Assembly: GCA_963701855.1 (NCBI GenBank)
Contig: CAVPBK010000009.1
Location: 128,001-192,000, forward strand
DNA length: 64,000 nt
Direction: 5' to 3'
DNA from: Nitrospirota bacterium
GTDB taxonomy: Bacteria > Nitrospirota > Nitrospiria > Nitrospirales > Nitrospiraceae
In this document: positions 1 through 9,733 of the stretch, piece after piece
Position numbering within the stretch: position 1 is the stretch's first letter
Layout: each line of letters begins with the position of its first letter
The notes under the pieces: model-generated
Database searches by the model: none
What the model was told of the DNA's origin: nothing
Seen by the model: the letters and a program-made list of their open reading frames with translations, nothing else
Program-made: the position numbers and the translations under genes

Positions 1-632
1 ACTTCGATTCCCGCTCCGTTGTTGCTTTCCAAGGCAGTCAATAGATTACTCAGGTCATCGAAAATGTTCGTGGTTCCCCCGGTGAACACCTGATCGCCCG
101 GGAGGACAATTTGCGTCGTTTGGCTTGGGCCGACTGCAATGGACTGGCTCTCGCTATTACCCTGATAAGAGACGGCGTCGCCGACGCCTAATACGAATGG
201 GGGCGCATCGGTCTTGGTTCCAGCAAACACCGGTTGTCCGCTGACTTCTGTATTGGCGAGTTGGATCAATTGCCGATGCAGTTGGCGAACTTCCTGAGCG
301 ATTGTAACCCGCCCCTGCGCCGACGTCGTATCGCTTCTCGCTTGCACCGCAAGCTCTCGAACACGACTGATCAGGTTTTGCGTTTGCCCCAAAGCCTGGT
401 CTGCCACCGCGACACGTGCGGTTCCAAACTGAATATTCCTGAGCCATTGGTCGTTGTCGGCAAGCGCGGACTTTTCAAGGATGGCCTGTCCAAAAATGGC
501 GGGGTCATCGGAAGGTTTGGCGATGCGTTGCTGAGTTGCGATCTGCTCTTGAGCAGTATCGATACGTTCCTTAATGCGCTGTAAGTTTCCCGCCGTCGAA
601 CCATAAAACTGTTGGTCTGAGATTCGCATCAT
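1..632 (-). CDS. flgL: Flagellar hook-associated protein 3 (5' part; continues beyond the window edge)
   Basis: Manual translation from 632: MMRISDQQFYGSTAGNLQRIKERIDTAQEQIATQQRIAKPSDDP, a flagellin-like N-terminus. Directly follows flgK. Missing from the ORF track because it has no stop in the window. Confidence 0.9.
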   Translation of the reverse strand, partial: MMRISDQQFYGSTAGNLQRIKERIDTAQEQIATQQRIAKPSDDPAIFGQAILEKSALADNDQWLRNIQFGTARVAVADQALGQTQNLISRVRELAVQARSDTTSAQGRVTIAQEVRQLHRQLIQLANTEVSGQPVFAGTKTDAPPFVLGVGDAVSYQGNSESQSIAVGPSQTTQIVLPGDQVFTGGTTNIFDDLSNLLTALESNNGAGIE

Positions 633-674
633 CCGGCTTCCTTTTCTCGTTACCCCCAGGTAGTGCGAACAGTC

Positions 675-2066
675 TTATCTCTTCATGGCTAGAATGTCTT
701 GAAATAACTGGTCTGCCGTGGTGATCATACGAGAAGCCGCTTCAAAGCTCCGTTGATATTGAAGGAGATTGGCAAGCTCTTCGTCCATCGATACACCGGA
801 GACGGACGCGCGTTGGGATGTCAATTGATCGTGGATAATCTGTTGCGCCTGGAGATTGCTTTGAACTCCTTGTACAGTTGAACCGAAACTCCCTGCGATC
901 GTACTGTAATAGTCTTGGTAGGTGACATTGCCGAGTGGGGCAAAGGCCGTGCTGCGGAGACCGGCCAAAGTCAAGGCATTCGCGTTATTGCCAGGAACTC
1001 CTACAGCAGTAGACGATGCCGCGATCTGGCGAACGTTGGTCAACGAGACGGCAATAGTACTGGCCTTCGTCCCAGTCGGCGCGAAGAAATCCAGGTCGGT
1101 GGAGCCATCTAGCCCGTAACCCAATCGATGTTGTTGATTAACCTGGGTAACAAGTTCTGCGGTCAACGTGTCTAGGGAGCTCCGCAATGAGGGGATAGTT
1201 TGATCGCGAACGTCAAGGAGCCCTTTGAGCTGCCCGCTTTGAATGACAGGCCCCAGGCTCGTCGTAGGCCCTGCTCCTGCGTCGTATCGCACATCGAGCA
1301 GTCCATTATTGCTGAGATCAGGGACTCCGACCAACTGGTAAGTCCTCTCCTTATCGACAAGGACCTGTCCACGTCCGGCAAACACGGTCACTTGGCCCGT
1401 GGCATCTTCGATCGATGAGATCTCGACCCGCTCAGCTAAGTCAGCGAGCGCGACTCCGCGTTCATCCCGCAAGTCATTGGCTTGCTGCCCGCTTGACTCA
1501 GCGCTGGCAATTTTTACATTCAACCCCGCAATCTGACTGGTCAAACGGTTCACATCCGTGATGGTCTGCCCAATTTGATGGTCGATGGACTGCTGCGCGT
1601 CGGTCAAGTCCGCAGCGGCCTGATTGAATTGGCCTGCGAGCGCCGTGGCTTTGGAGAGAAAAACTGTCCTGGCAGACAAGTCGTTCGGGTTGGTCGCCAC
1701 ATCCTGAAGCGCACCGAAAAACTCATTGAGTCCCGCCCCGATGCCGAGATTATTGGCATCCCCAAACAGCGGCTCCAGCCGAGCCAGGGCGTTGCTCGAG
1801 GCGGTAAACTCTCCTACCTGCGAGCCCGATGACACCAATTGAGCTTCGACAAATGAGTCGTATGACCGTTTAATACTCGTGGCCTGGACACCCATGCCAA
1901 TCTGGCCTGGAGTTCCATCCTGCGGCACGTTCTCGGACAAGGTGACCTGTTGTCGCGAATACCCAGGCGTATTGACATTCGCGATGTTATGTCCCGCGAC
2001 CGAGATGGCTTCCTGAGCGGTAAACAAAGCAGAGGTGCCAATGTTCGTCAGTCTGCTAATTCCCAT
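675..2066 (-). CDS. flgK: Flagellar hook-associated protein 1
   Basis: Motifs GHNIANVNTPGYSRQ, ANDLRDER and SGVSMDEELANLLQYQRSFEAASR. Start placed at the ATG at 2066 (MGISRL). Confidence 0.97.
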   Translation of the reverse strand: MGISRLTNIGTSALFTAQEAISVAGHNIANVNTPGYSRQQVTLSENVPQDGTPGQIGMGVQATSIKRSYDSFVEAQLVSSGSQVGEFTASSNALARLEPLFGDANNLGIGAGLNEFFGALQDVATNPNDLSARTVFLSKATALAGQFNQAAADLTDAQQSIDHQIGQTITDVNRLTSQIAGLNVKIASAESSGQQANDLRDERGVALADLAERVEISSIEDATGQVTVFAGRGQVLVDKERTYQLVGVPDLSNNGLLDVRYDAGAGPTTSLGPVIQSGQLKGLLDVRDQTIPSLRSSLDTLTAELVTQVNQQHRLGYGLDGSTDLDFFAPTGTKASTIAVSLTNVRQIAASSTAVGVPGNNANALTLAGLRSTAFAPLGNVTYQDYYSTIAGSFGSTVQGVQSNLQAQQIIHDQLTSQRASVSGVSMDEELANLLQYQRSFEAASRMITTADQLFQDILAMKR

Positions 2067-2074
2067 TTGCCGCG

Positions 2075-2584
2075 CTAGCCTTTCTGCCGAAACATCAGGG
2101 CATCGACGCCACATTCACGAGGCGCTCCGGATTCGGAATAGAGACCCAGCGGAGCTGTGGCCTGGCGCATGACGTTCAACCCTTTTCTGATGAATGCTTG
2201 TAGGCTGTTCAGGATGCCTGCATTGATCGATATCTCGTGACGAAGCGCACGAATCTTTTCGGCCATCCCCGCATATAACACTTCCAGCCTCTGGGCATCG
2301 GTCGATTCAAGCCGTTCGAGAATGACGCTCAGAGATATGGCTGATGGAGCGAGGTTCCAACGATCAGCCAACCGCACAACCCACGCTGTTCGTTCCGCTT
2401 CGAGCAGAAGAAGATCATCCAGCAGCCGGGCTCGCTGACGATTGACCTCAGCCATGTCGGTCAATGTCAATGCTCGAAGGGCTTGCCGCTCTCGCTGAAT
2501 ATTGTCCGCCAGCGCATCGCACTGGGCTTCTTCACGGCGTAGGATATGATCCAATTGCCGGAGGGCTATCACGAGGTCCTGCAT
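2075..2584 (-). CDS. flgN: Flagellar export chaperone FlgN
   Basis: 169-aa helical protein between flgM and flgK, with an FlgN-like N..N..ILN..Q pattern and a C-terminal YSESG. Confidence 0.8.
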   Translation of the reverse strand: MQDLVIALRQLDHILRREEAQCDALADNIQRERQALRALTLTDMAEVNRQRARLLDDLLLLEAERTAWVVRLADRWNLAPSAISLSVILERLESTDAQRLEVLYAGMAEKIRALRHEISINAGILNSLQAFIRKGLNVMRQATAPLGLYSESGAPRECGVDALMFRQKG

Positions 2585-2744
2585 AGTTTTCGGTATCCAT
2601 TAAGCGTGAAGCGTATCTCGTTATTCGCGCGAGACTCGCGAGGCTGGGTGAAGCCTGAAGACTGAAGTCTGAAGTGTTCGGATATCCGATCTCTGGCCTT
2701 CGGCCTGTACCCCTTCAACCTTCGAATTGCGCCTGCCAAACCTG

Positions 2745-3047
2745 TCAGAGAACCGCGTCGGTGAGCGTCTGACGAATGAGTGCGTCGGCAACCTGTTTCT
2801 CCGACACCGTATATGTGCCGGCATCTATCGATCGGCTAATTCGCTCGATCTGCGCTTCTCGTGCGGCATCTGGCTGATCGGCCAACGCCTTGATCCGCTG
2901 GATCTCCTTGGCCCGATCCGAGATCTGCACCCGATCCTGGCGTCCATCCTGCTGTGTATTCGGCTTCGCACTAACACCACCAGTTCCCTGGATACCGAGT
3001 AGGATTTTGGCAAGATAATCTGGCTTACCATGACCGGAAATCTGCAT
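2745..3047 (-). CDS. flgM: Anti-sigma28 factor FlgM
   Basis: Motifs DRVQISDRAKE and R.A.IERI..SIDAGTY.V....VADAL. Confidence 0.93.
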   Translation of the reverse strand: MQISGHGKPDYLAKILLGIQGTGGVSAKPNTQQDGRQDRVQISDRAKEIQRIKALADQPDAAREAQIERISRSIDAGTYTVSEKQVADALIRQTLTDAVL

Positions 3048-3074
3048 GACGATGGCTCCTCTCTGTTCCTTCTT

Positions 3075-3485
3075 TTACAAGTTTCCCCCGACACTCTCTT
3101 GCGCGGTGGGGTGATCCTTGTCGCCTATAGTATCGGCTATCGGTTCTGAAAACTTGAGGGGGGTGGCATTTTTTTCTGTATACTCCTGAATCATTCTTGC
3201 GAATCCAATCCCTCCCGCTTCGGACGCCAATCGGCCGATTTCCTGGTCATAAAAGGAGTAAAAATAGGCCCCCCCCTTGTTCTCCAGCGCTCCCTTGGGA
3301 ACAGTTGCTCTCATCTCTTTCAACAGGTTGGAGATAAAATAGGCTTCGAATTCATGGGCTGCGTCCTTGAGGTCGGCCACCTTCCCCTGCCGACCTCGGG
3401 CATAATCTTGAGGAACGTGCGACAAGCCAAGCTGTGATTCGGCTACATTACTGACCGCGCTGAGGCTCATAATATTCTGATACAC
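3075..3485 (-). CDS. flgJ: Rod-binding protein, short FlgJ without a muramidase domain
   Basis: Rod-binding motifs LKDAAHEFEAYFISNLLKEMRATVP and YDQEIG...GGIGFA. Follows flgI. Confidence 0.85.
   Translation of the reverse strand: MYQNIMSLSAVSNVAESQLGLSHVPQDYARGRQGKVADLKDAAHEFEAYFISNLLKEMRATVPKGALENKGGAYFYSFYDQEIGRLASEAGGIGFARMIQEYTEKNATPLKFSEPIADTIGDKDHPTAQESVGGNL
3130..3157 (-). promoter_or_regulatory. Sigma28 (FliA) promoter for flgMNKL, inside the 3' end of flgJ
   Basis: Minus strand reads TCAAG-N15-GCCGATAC, about 80 bp upstream of flgM. Confidence 0.8.
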
Positions 3486-3528
3486 GACATCTCCGTATTG
3501 TTATAATATATATTAATCATTATCTTAA

Positions 3529-4662
3529 CTAAATTACATCAAGATTTGCCTGAAGTGCTCCAGCTGCCCTGAGGGCTGATAGAATAGCGACCAAATCCCT
3601 GGGAGTTACCCCGACCGCATTCAATGCTCGTACAACCTCTCCAAGCGTGACCGTTTCATCCACGACTATCAGTCTGGACTCCTGCTCCTTCACTTCCGTC
3701 TGAACATCTTCGGTCACGGTCGTCTGTCCACCAGTGGACCCGATTATCGGAGCAGGCGGCTGCGACACATTGACCGTATTCTTCACCGAAATCGTAAGAT
3801 TGCCATGTGAAATGGCACAGGTCGAGATACGGACATGTTCTCCCAGAACCACGGTGCCGGTTCGTTCATTCACAACAACTTTCGCAGGCAGGTCGACATT
3901 GACGTCCAATCCTTCGATCGTGGCGATGTATTCCACGACTCGGCCACGAAATGTTTCCGGAACCGACGCCCGAACAAGTCCGGCATTCACCGCCGTTGCG
4001 CTCCCCTTCCCGAACACCCCGTCGATCGCTTCCGTCGTTCGAATCGCCGTCGTAAAGTCCGGTTGGCGCAGAAGCACCGAAACTGTTTCCCATGATTCGA
4101 TATCGATGCCTGCATCCTTTTCGATAATCGCACCACCAGGCACGATCCCGGCGGATTGATGGTTCTTGGTGATGGTGGATCCGCCTGCCCCACCCGTTCC
4201 ACCCAAGAATCCACCGATGGAAACCGCTCCTTGAGCTACGGCATATACTTGCTGGTTCGCCGCCTTCAGAGGGGTGAGCAACAAGGTGCCGCCTTGCAGG
4301 CTCTTCGCATTGGCCATGGAGGAGACCAGCACATCGACCGTCGCGCCTGGTTTAGCGAAGGGTGGCAATTTGGCCGTCACGATGACCGAGGCAATGTTGC
4401 GCGTCAGCAACTGGATCGGATTAATCACGAGATTGATGCCCATCTTATTTAACATCGACATCATGGCTTGGATCGTGAACTGCCCGCCGATGACCTGATC
4501 GCCGGTTCGATCTAAGCCGACGACGAGGCCATAGCCGATCAACTGGTTATCTCGAACCCCTTCGAATGATCCCACGTCTTTGATGCGAACCGCATTCGCC
4601 GGGATCGCCCAGAACAAAACTCCCAATACCAACAACCCGATGCTCATCCGTGCTCGTATCAT
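3529..4662 (-). CDS. flgI: Flagellar P-ring protein
   Basis: Signal peptide, then RIKD...GVRDNQLIGYGLVVGL, AKSLQGGTLLLTPL and KVVVNERTGTVV. Confidence 0.98.
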   Translation of the reverse strand: MIRARMSIGLLVLGVLFWAIPANAVRIKDVGSFEGVRDNQLIGYGLVVGLDRTGDQVIGGQFTIQAMMSMLNKMGINLVINPIQLLTRNIASVIVTAKLPPFAKPGATVDVLVSSMANAKSLQGGTLLLTPLKAANQQVYAVAQGAVSIGGFLGGTGGAGGSTITKNHQSAGIVPGGAIIEKDAGIDIESWETVSVLLRQPDFTTAIRTTEAIDGVFGKGSATAVNAGLVRASVPETFRGRVVEYIATIEGLDVNVDLPAKVVVNERTGTVVLGEHVRISTCAISHGNLTISVKNTVNVSQPPAPIIGSTGGQTTVTEDVQTEVKEQESRLIVVDETVTLGEVVRALNAVGVTPRDLVAILSALRAAGALQANLDVI

Positions 4663-4886
4663 GTCGTGTGTCTCACGTGGTTAATAATTAAGTCTGCTCG
4701 TCGACAAAAGAAGTGGGTGAACCAACCCTCGTCGTTAACAATACCTGGCGGCGTGGATATGGATACTGGCGTCTCTGTATACGGTTCAATGTCGGTACAA
4801 TTGTCAAAGTGCTGAGGGGAATATACTTCCGCACGACGTATGACTCCGTTCATCACCATCAACTCCAATGATCGCATCGTGGCCAT
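4659..4886 (-). CDS. Small hypothetical protein (75 aa) between flgH and flgI
   Basis: The ORF fills the flgH-flgI gap and its stop overlaps the flgI start (ATGA). No family recognised. Confidence 0.4.
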   Translation of the reverse strand: MATMRSLELMVMNGVIRRAEVYSPQHFDNCTDIEPYTETPVSISTPPGIVNDEGWFTHFFCRRADLIINHVRHTT

Positions 4887-4960
4887 GCGGTATCAGCAGT
4901 CCCAGCGGACGCCCTTAGGTCGTCTTATGGAATATTTCATAGGCCGTGCGTTCTTGACAA

Positions 4961-5674
4961 TCACCATGGGCTGACCCAATCAAGCACCCGAACGAGCCAT
5001 CCTGGGCGTTGGACATCGTCAAGAACTCCCAGCCCTGAATATACAATCTTCGCATCCGCGATGGCGGATGAGAGCACGGTATTCTTCGTATCGACATCCA
5101 CCCGCCGCACGATGCCTCCGATCGTCATCAATTGTTTCTCGCTATTCACCGTGACCTCCCGGCGTCCCTCGATCCGAAGATCGCCGTTGGGCAGAACTTC
5201 AGTGACGTTGACAGAAATGGTTCCCGTTAAAGTTCCTTCACGATTTGTGGCACCCTTCCCACCAAACTTGTTCGAGGCACTCGCATCGATGCCAAGTCCT
5301 CGCCTCGCTTCACCGCCAAGGCGAATACCGGGAATACCGATGTATCCAATAGCGCTGCCGGCTAGACTGTTGTTGATGGTGGAATCTCGCTCAGCAGAGG
5401 TGTCGGCGGATTTCGACCCCTTATGGCTTTCAACAATTTTGATCGTCAGAATATCGCCGACACGCATCGCCCGCAAATCTTCATAAAGGTAAGCGCGACC
5501 GTTCTCTTCCTGCCAGAGGGAGCCCAGCGTTTTCGGTGGCGGCAAGGAAGGGACCGTGAGCGTCGAGACGACTTTCGGCGACGATGACGCACAGCCATCG
5601 CTCAGAAGCGAGACCGTCAACATGGCCACCGCCATGGCTGTAGCGCGCAGGCTCCTACGACTAGAATTCAACAC
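4961..5674 (-). CDS. flgH: Flagellar L-ring lipoprotein
   Basis: Lipobox-like LSDGC, LYEDLRAMRVGDILTI, VLPNGDLRIEG and a terminal GWL.R.LD...PW. Start uncertain (GTG at 5674 overlaps the flgA end). Confidence 0.95.
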   Translation of the reverse strand: MLNSSRRSLRATAMAVAMLTVSLLSDGCASSSPKVVSTLTVPSLPPPKTLGSLWQEENGRAYLYEDLRAMRVGDILTIKIVESHKGSKSADTSAERDSTINNSLAGSAIGYIGIPGIRLGGEARRGLGIDASASNKFGGKGATNREGTLTGTISVNVTEVLPNGDLRIEGRREVTVNSEKQLMTIGGIVRRVDVDTKNTVLSSAIADAKIVYSGLGVLDDVQRPGWLVRVLDWVSPW

Positions 5675-6467
5675 GAACGGCTCCTGGTCCGACAATTTTT
5701 GCGCGCAGCTCTTTGCCTGAATCGACATTGGTCACCGTGGCAGTCTGTCCTATCTCCCCACTCGACTTGGCTAGGCCAACCACCTGAATCGAGAGCCCCC
5801 CGTGTCTCGCCTCGATGGACACGCGATCCCCCTTGCGTATGGCATAGGGCTTCTTCACCATCCCTAGACGAATCGGGTTATTGGTCTGCAATGGACGCGC
5901 AGCGCTCTTCCCAATCACATCCTTCACGTCAGTGATCAGTTGATGGTCCAAATCCGTAAGTTTAATGCGGTGAATTGCAACATCTTCTGCGTCAATCACG
6001 TTGTCGATTTGGATGACTCTGGTCGGGACAACGGCATCGATAAACGCCGACACATCGGCGATGGCGTCGATCGTCTGCCAGGACTTTCCGTTCAGGTTGA
6101 TCTGAACATGAAATGCCCGGCGGCCGAGCCCTTCTTCAACTCCGCTCGAGGAGACCTTCAGGCCGATGTCACTGGAAGGGGTCATAATCGGCTCAAGCGG
6201 ATCTACTATGACAGCATGAATGGCGCGAACCTTCCCCGCCATCTCTTGCTCAAGCACTCGCAGAATACTTCGTTGGATCTGATCTGGACGCAGCTGGTGC
6301 ATCGCTGGCCTGGATTCAATCCCCTTCAAGACTGAACGATGCGCAGGACCGTTTTCCCCTGCGGGCATTGCTTGGACCAGTTTGAGTGATGCCGCCTCTA
6401 CCATCAGCAGTCCAAAATATATCACAGCCACTAAGGCCGACTGCGTCAATGAACGAGGTACGATCAT
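5661..6467 (-). CDS. flgA: Flagellar P-ring formation chaperone
   Basis: C-terminal SAF-like motif IRKGDRVSIEA..GGLSI...GLAKSSGEIGQ...VTN.DSGK. Lies between flgG and flgH. Confidence 0.92.
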   Translation of the reverse strand: MIVPRSLTQSALVAVIYFGLLMVEAASLKLVQAMPAGENGPAHRSVLKGIESRPAMHQLRPDQIQRSILRVLEQEMAGKVRAIHAVIVDPLEPIMTPSSDIGLKVSSSGVEEGLGRRAFHVQINLNGKSWQTIDAIADVSAFIDAVVPTRVIQIDNVIDAEDVAIHRIKLTDLDHQLITDVKDVIGKSAARPLQTNNPIRLGMVKKPYAIRKGDRVSIEARHGGLSIQVVGLAKSSGEIGQTATVTNVDSGKELRAKIVGPGAVRVEF

Positions 6468-6493
6468 AGGAAAGACTCCTCTGTGCAACGCGC

Positions 6494-7285
6494 TTACCGT
6501 TTCAGATTATTGGCGATCGACATCATTTCATCCGAGGCTTGTATGGTCTTCGAGTTAATTTCATAGCTGCGTTGCGCAATGATCATGTTGACCATTTCCT
6601 CGGCCAGGTTCACGTTAGAACTTTCCAGGAACCCCTGTTGGATGGTTCCAAATCCCGTCGAGAATCCGCCGGTACCTTGGGTCGGAGGGCCGGAGGCAAA
6701 ACTGTCGAGAAATAGATTGCTTCCCATGGCCACAAGTCCGGACGGATTATCGAACCGGGTCAATTGGATCTGCCCCACTTGCGACGCTTGGGTGACGCCT
6801 GGGAGTAACACGGAAACGGTGCCATCTTGGGCGATGTCGAGCTTCAATGCCCCGGACGGGATCGTGATGACGGGATTGAGAGTATCGCCGTCTCCGGTCA
6901 CCAAATTCCCGATGTTGTCACGCTTGAAGGAGCCATTGCGGGTATACATGACTGTCCCGTCCGGCCGCGAGACCTGGAAAAACCCGGGGCCATCGATCGC
7001 CATGTCCAACTCGTTGTTCGTCTGCCGCATGTTTCCCTGCATCCATTCCTTGGCCACTGTCACGGGGCGAACTCCTGCACCGACCTGAATGCCGACTGGA
7101 AACACGCCGACGTTCGACGCACTGGTCCCCGGCATGCGTTGGATCTGATAAAGCAAATCGACGAACTCCGCGCGACTGCGCTTAAATGAATTCGTATTCA
7201 CGTTCGCCAGATTGTGGGCAATCGTGTCGACATTGATCTGTTGTGCGGTCATCCCGGTGGCCGCCGTCCACATTGCTCGAATCAT
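6494..7285 (-). CDS. flgG: Flagellar basal-body distal rod protein
   Basis: Motifs MIRAMWTAATGMTAQQ, NLANVNT..FKRSRAEF.DLLYQ and LESSNVNLAEEMVNMI.AQR.YE.NSK. Confidence 0.98.
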   Translation of the reverse strand: MIRAMWTAATGMTAQQINVDTIAHNLANVNTNSFKRSRAEFVDLLYQIQRMPGTSASNVGVFPVGIQVGAGVRPVTVAKEWMQGNMRQTNNELDMAIDGPGFFQVSRPDGTVMYTRNGSFKRDNIGNLVTGDGDTLNPVITIPSGALKLDIAQDGTVSVLLPGVTQASQVGQIQLTRFDNPSGLVAMGSNLFLDSFASGPPTQGTGGFSTGFGTIQQGFLESSNVNLAEEMVNMIIAQRSYEINSKTIQASDEMMSIANNLKR

Positions 7286-7318
7286 ACAAACCTCCCTGCT
7301 TGTCCCGCTTGTCGCGCC

Positions 7319-8089
7319 CTATAACACTCGACCAACATTTTGGATCGAGAGTTCTGCCATATGGTCCAATGTCTGAATCAGCTTTTGCGACGACTCATAA
7401 TTCCGCATTCCCTGAATCATTTTGACCATCTCACCGATTGAGTTCACATTCGATTCTTCGATATGCCCGCCCTGAACTTGCGAGTTCTTCGCCGGTCTGG
7501 CTGACTCCGATGCGAACAGTCCTTCGAAATGTTTCTGAGGCATGTGATCCACAGGAAAATCCATCACTTTGATCGTCGCGACCGGTCGCCCATCAACATC
7601 AATCGCCCCTTGCGTATTCACCTGGACAGTGCCAGGCGGGATCTTGATTTCTCCTTTTGTGCCCATCACCGGATAACCCAGATTCGTAACCAATCGGCGC
7701 TGAGAGTCCAACGAGAACATGCCGCTCCTGGTGTAGCGAATGCCTTGAGGAGTCTTGACCTCAAAAAATCCGCTTCCTTGGATCGCCGTATCGAGAGGAT
7801 TTCCTGTGATTCTGATCCGCCCGGCCTCAAAGATCGTGTGGACGGCATTAGGGGCCACAAACACTCGCTCAGCTGGGCCGGCAGGACTGACGCCAATCTG
7901 CTGACCGAAACCGACTGAATGCCCAAAGACCGGCATGGATGCCTGTACCTGCGCCATAACGGACGTAAACGACTGGCCGTCCTGTTTAAATCCAGCAGTA
8001 TTGATATTCGCCATATTATTGGCGAAGACCTGTATCTGACGCTCTTGCGCCAGCGCACCGGAAAGGATGGGATAGATGGCTCGATTCAT
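7319..8089 (-). CDS. flgF: Flagellar basal-body rod protein
   Basis: Motifs ANNMANINTAGFK, TGNPLD.AIQG.GFF and EESNVN.IGEMV.MI. Immediately upstream of flgG. Confidence 0.93.
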   Translation of the reverse strand: MNRAIYPILSGALAQERQIQVFANNMANINTAGFKQDGQSFTSVMAQVQASMPVFGHSVGFGQQIGVSPAGPAERVFVAPNAVHTIFEAGRIRITGNPLDTAIQGSGFFEVKTPQGIRYTRSGMFSLDSQRRLVTNLGYPVMGTKGEIKIPPGTVQVNTQGAIDVDGRPVATIKVMDFPVDHMPQKHFEGLFASESARPAKNSQVQGGHIEESNVNSIGEMVKMIQGMRNYESSQKLIQTLDHMAELSIQNVGRVL

Positions 8090-8116
8090 GTGTGCTCTTC
8101 CAAAATATGCCGCTGG

Positions 8117-8240
8117 CAGGATGCTGAAAAAGTCTGCCAGCAGCGTTCTCGCATCGTTCAGACCCTCAACGTACCCCAGAGGGTACGCCTCGGCCCTTCA
8201 CTTGCTGCGGCCTTGCTGGACAGGCTTTTTGAGCATCCTG
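8117..8240. repeat. ~124-bp miniature inverted-repeat element (CAGGATGCT.AAAAA...TTTTT.AGCATCCTG), copy 1
   Basis: Terminal inverted repeats. The interior matches the reverse complement of 30505-30627. A further end-like motif TTTTTCCGCAGTCTG lies at about 8303-8317. Confidence 0.85.
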
Positions 8241-8334
8241 AGTGGATGTTCTTCCTTTGTCCCAAACAAGCAGACCAGCGACGTTCTGCTGTATCGAGAT
8301 AGTTTTTCCGCAGTCTGTTCGACCACGTCACATC

Positions 8335-8349
8335 GCAACATGCATGCCA
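8335..8349 (-). promoter_or_regulatory. Sigma54 -24/-12 promoter upstream of the flgF operon
   Basis: Minus strand TGGCATGCATGTTGC (GG-N10-GC). Confidence 0.75.
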
Positions 8350-8616
8350 TTGGTCTGCGCGATGTAGTTCTGCACGTCGCGTACACGGCCAGCCACTCTG
8401 AACGTAGTAAATACAGTCTGATGGCACGGCCACATTTATTAAGGTCCGGAAGTCGTTAAGAAAAGAATGCGGAAGAAATAGGCAGGACTAGGAAAAGATT
8501 GCCGGAGCGGGAAGAATATTGTGGGTTGAAAGCGGCAAAAACGGTAATTCGAAGTTCGTGAAGCGTGAAACGCAAGAGCCGTGTATTGCTCCCTCGCTTC
8601 AAGCGCAACAGTTTAT

Positions 8617-9390
8617 TTATGCCGCTTGTTTGGATGCTGCGGGCATTGGTTCAGGAGTGCTTGAAGAGACTATGGGCGAAGTATATTGAACCGCCTGCCC
8701 CTCAGACTTCGCCTTTTTCACCGCCTGCATGGCCTGTTTAATCAACCTCTCATGGTCCTTAGCGTCCTGTGGATACAGCGCGACACCGATACGGCACATC
8801 TGGAACAGCTCATGTCCCTCCAAGGTGAGAGGAAGCCCCACTGTAGTCTGAAGTTTTTCCACAATGGTCGTGACCTCCTGATGGGATGTGAGATTGTCGA
8901 GAATCATCGCGAATTGATCCTGTGCCAGCCGTGCCACCGTTTCCGTGGAGTGCAAGACGCCCTTGACCCGAGCGGCTTGGACACGCACAAGGACGTTCCC
9001 ATTCGCTTGACCTTGACTCTCTGCCATCATCCGGAAGTGTTCTAACTCAACCACAAGCAGCGCGAGAGGTCGACCGGTTTTTGCGGCACGACAGACCGCT
9101 TGATCGAGCAATGTCCCGAACAAACGTCTGGTGGGCAAGCCCGTCACGTAATCATAGGTCGATGATAGTTCCGTGGGCTTCTCCGAAACTCTGGTTCGAT
9201 GGAATCGGTAGCTTGGATACTGGCCCTTCAACCACAGCCCTCCAAGGATGAGGAGACCGATCAGGCAGATCCCCATGATCACCGAGAGGGGAGAGATGGC
9301 GAAGGTAAATAATTGACTGGCCATCCAGCCATTCGGGAATCGACTGGCTGTGTCGCTATACGCGGACAGACGCATGATATTAAACGTCAC
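8617..9390 (-). CDS. Membrane-anchored degenerate GGDEF-domain protein
   Basis: N-terminal hydrophobic helix, then D.VTGLPTRR...ALLVVELEHF...ARLAQDQF...IGVALYPQD. The GGDEF motif is replaced by AQDQF. Confidence 0.85.
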   Translation of the reverse strand: MTFNIMRLSAYSDTASRFPNGWMASQLFTFAISPLSVIMGICLIGLLILGGLWLKGQYPSYRFHRTRVSEKPTELSSTYDYVTGLPTRRLFGTLLDQAVCRAAKTGRPLALLVVELEHFRMMAESQGQANGNVLVRVQAARVKGVLHSTETVARLAQDQFAMILDNLTSHQEVTTIVEKLQTTVGLPLTLEGHELFQMCRIGVALYPQDAKDHERLIKQAMQAVKKAKSEGQAVQYTSPIVSSSTPEPMPAASKQAA

Positions 9391-9430
9391 GTTTTCCAGC
9401 GCCCGATGAAGGGGAGATTAACCATAATGC

Positions 9431-9458
9431 GTTTCGGTTGATTTTTGAGCAGACTTGA
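9431..9458 (-). promoter_or_regulatory. Sigma28-like promoter for the degenerate GGDEF gene
   Basis: Minus strand TCAAG-N15-ACCGAAAC, the same geometry as the flgM promoter. Confidence 0.65.
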
Positions 9459-9733
9459 GAGGTGTTGGACGAACAGAAACCGGCATCAGTGGCATAGAAC
9501 GAACAATCGTCCCACTCCGCTCCTGCCGCAGCACGGGAAGGCCAGACCTGCATTGTTCATGAGTGTTTTGGCTGCAATAGGCGGTCCGCGGCGTGAAAAG
9601 TCGTCCGTCAGGGAGTGGAGCTGTTGGTTTCTAGTTTCATGTTGTGAGAAAAAACCCTCCAAAACTTTGAACACATTAAACTCGAAACACCTCGCGACGA
9701 ACTGCCATAAATAATACTGTGGGCTAATGCGGC

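Noticed and set aside
8076..8459. ORFs of 127, 91 and 62 aa upstream of flgF (MLKKSASSVLAS...)
   Set aside because: They run through the CAGGATGCT repeat element and the promoter region, so they are most likely spurious translations of the repeat.
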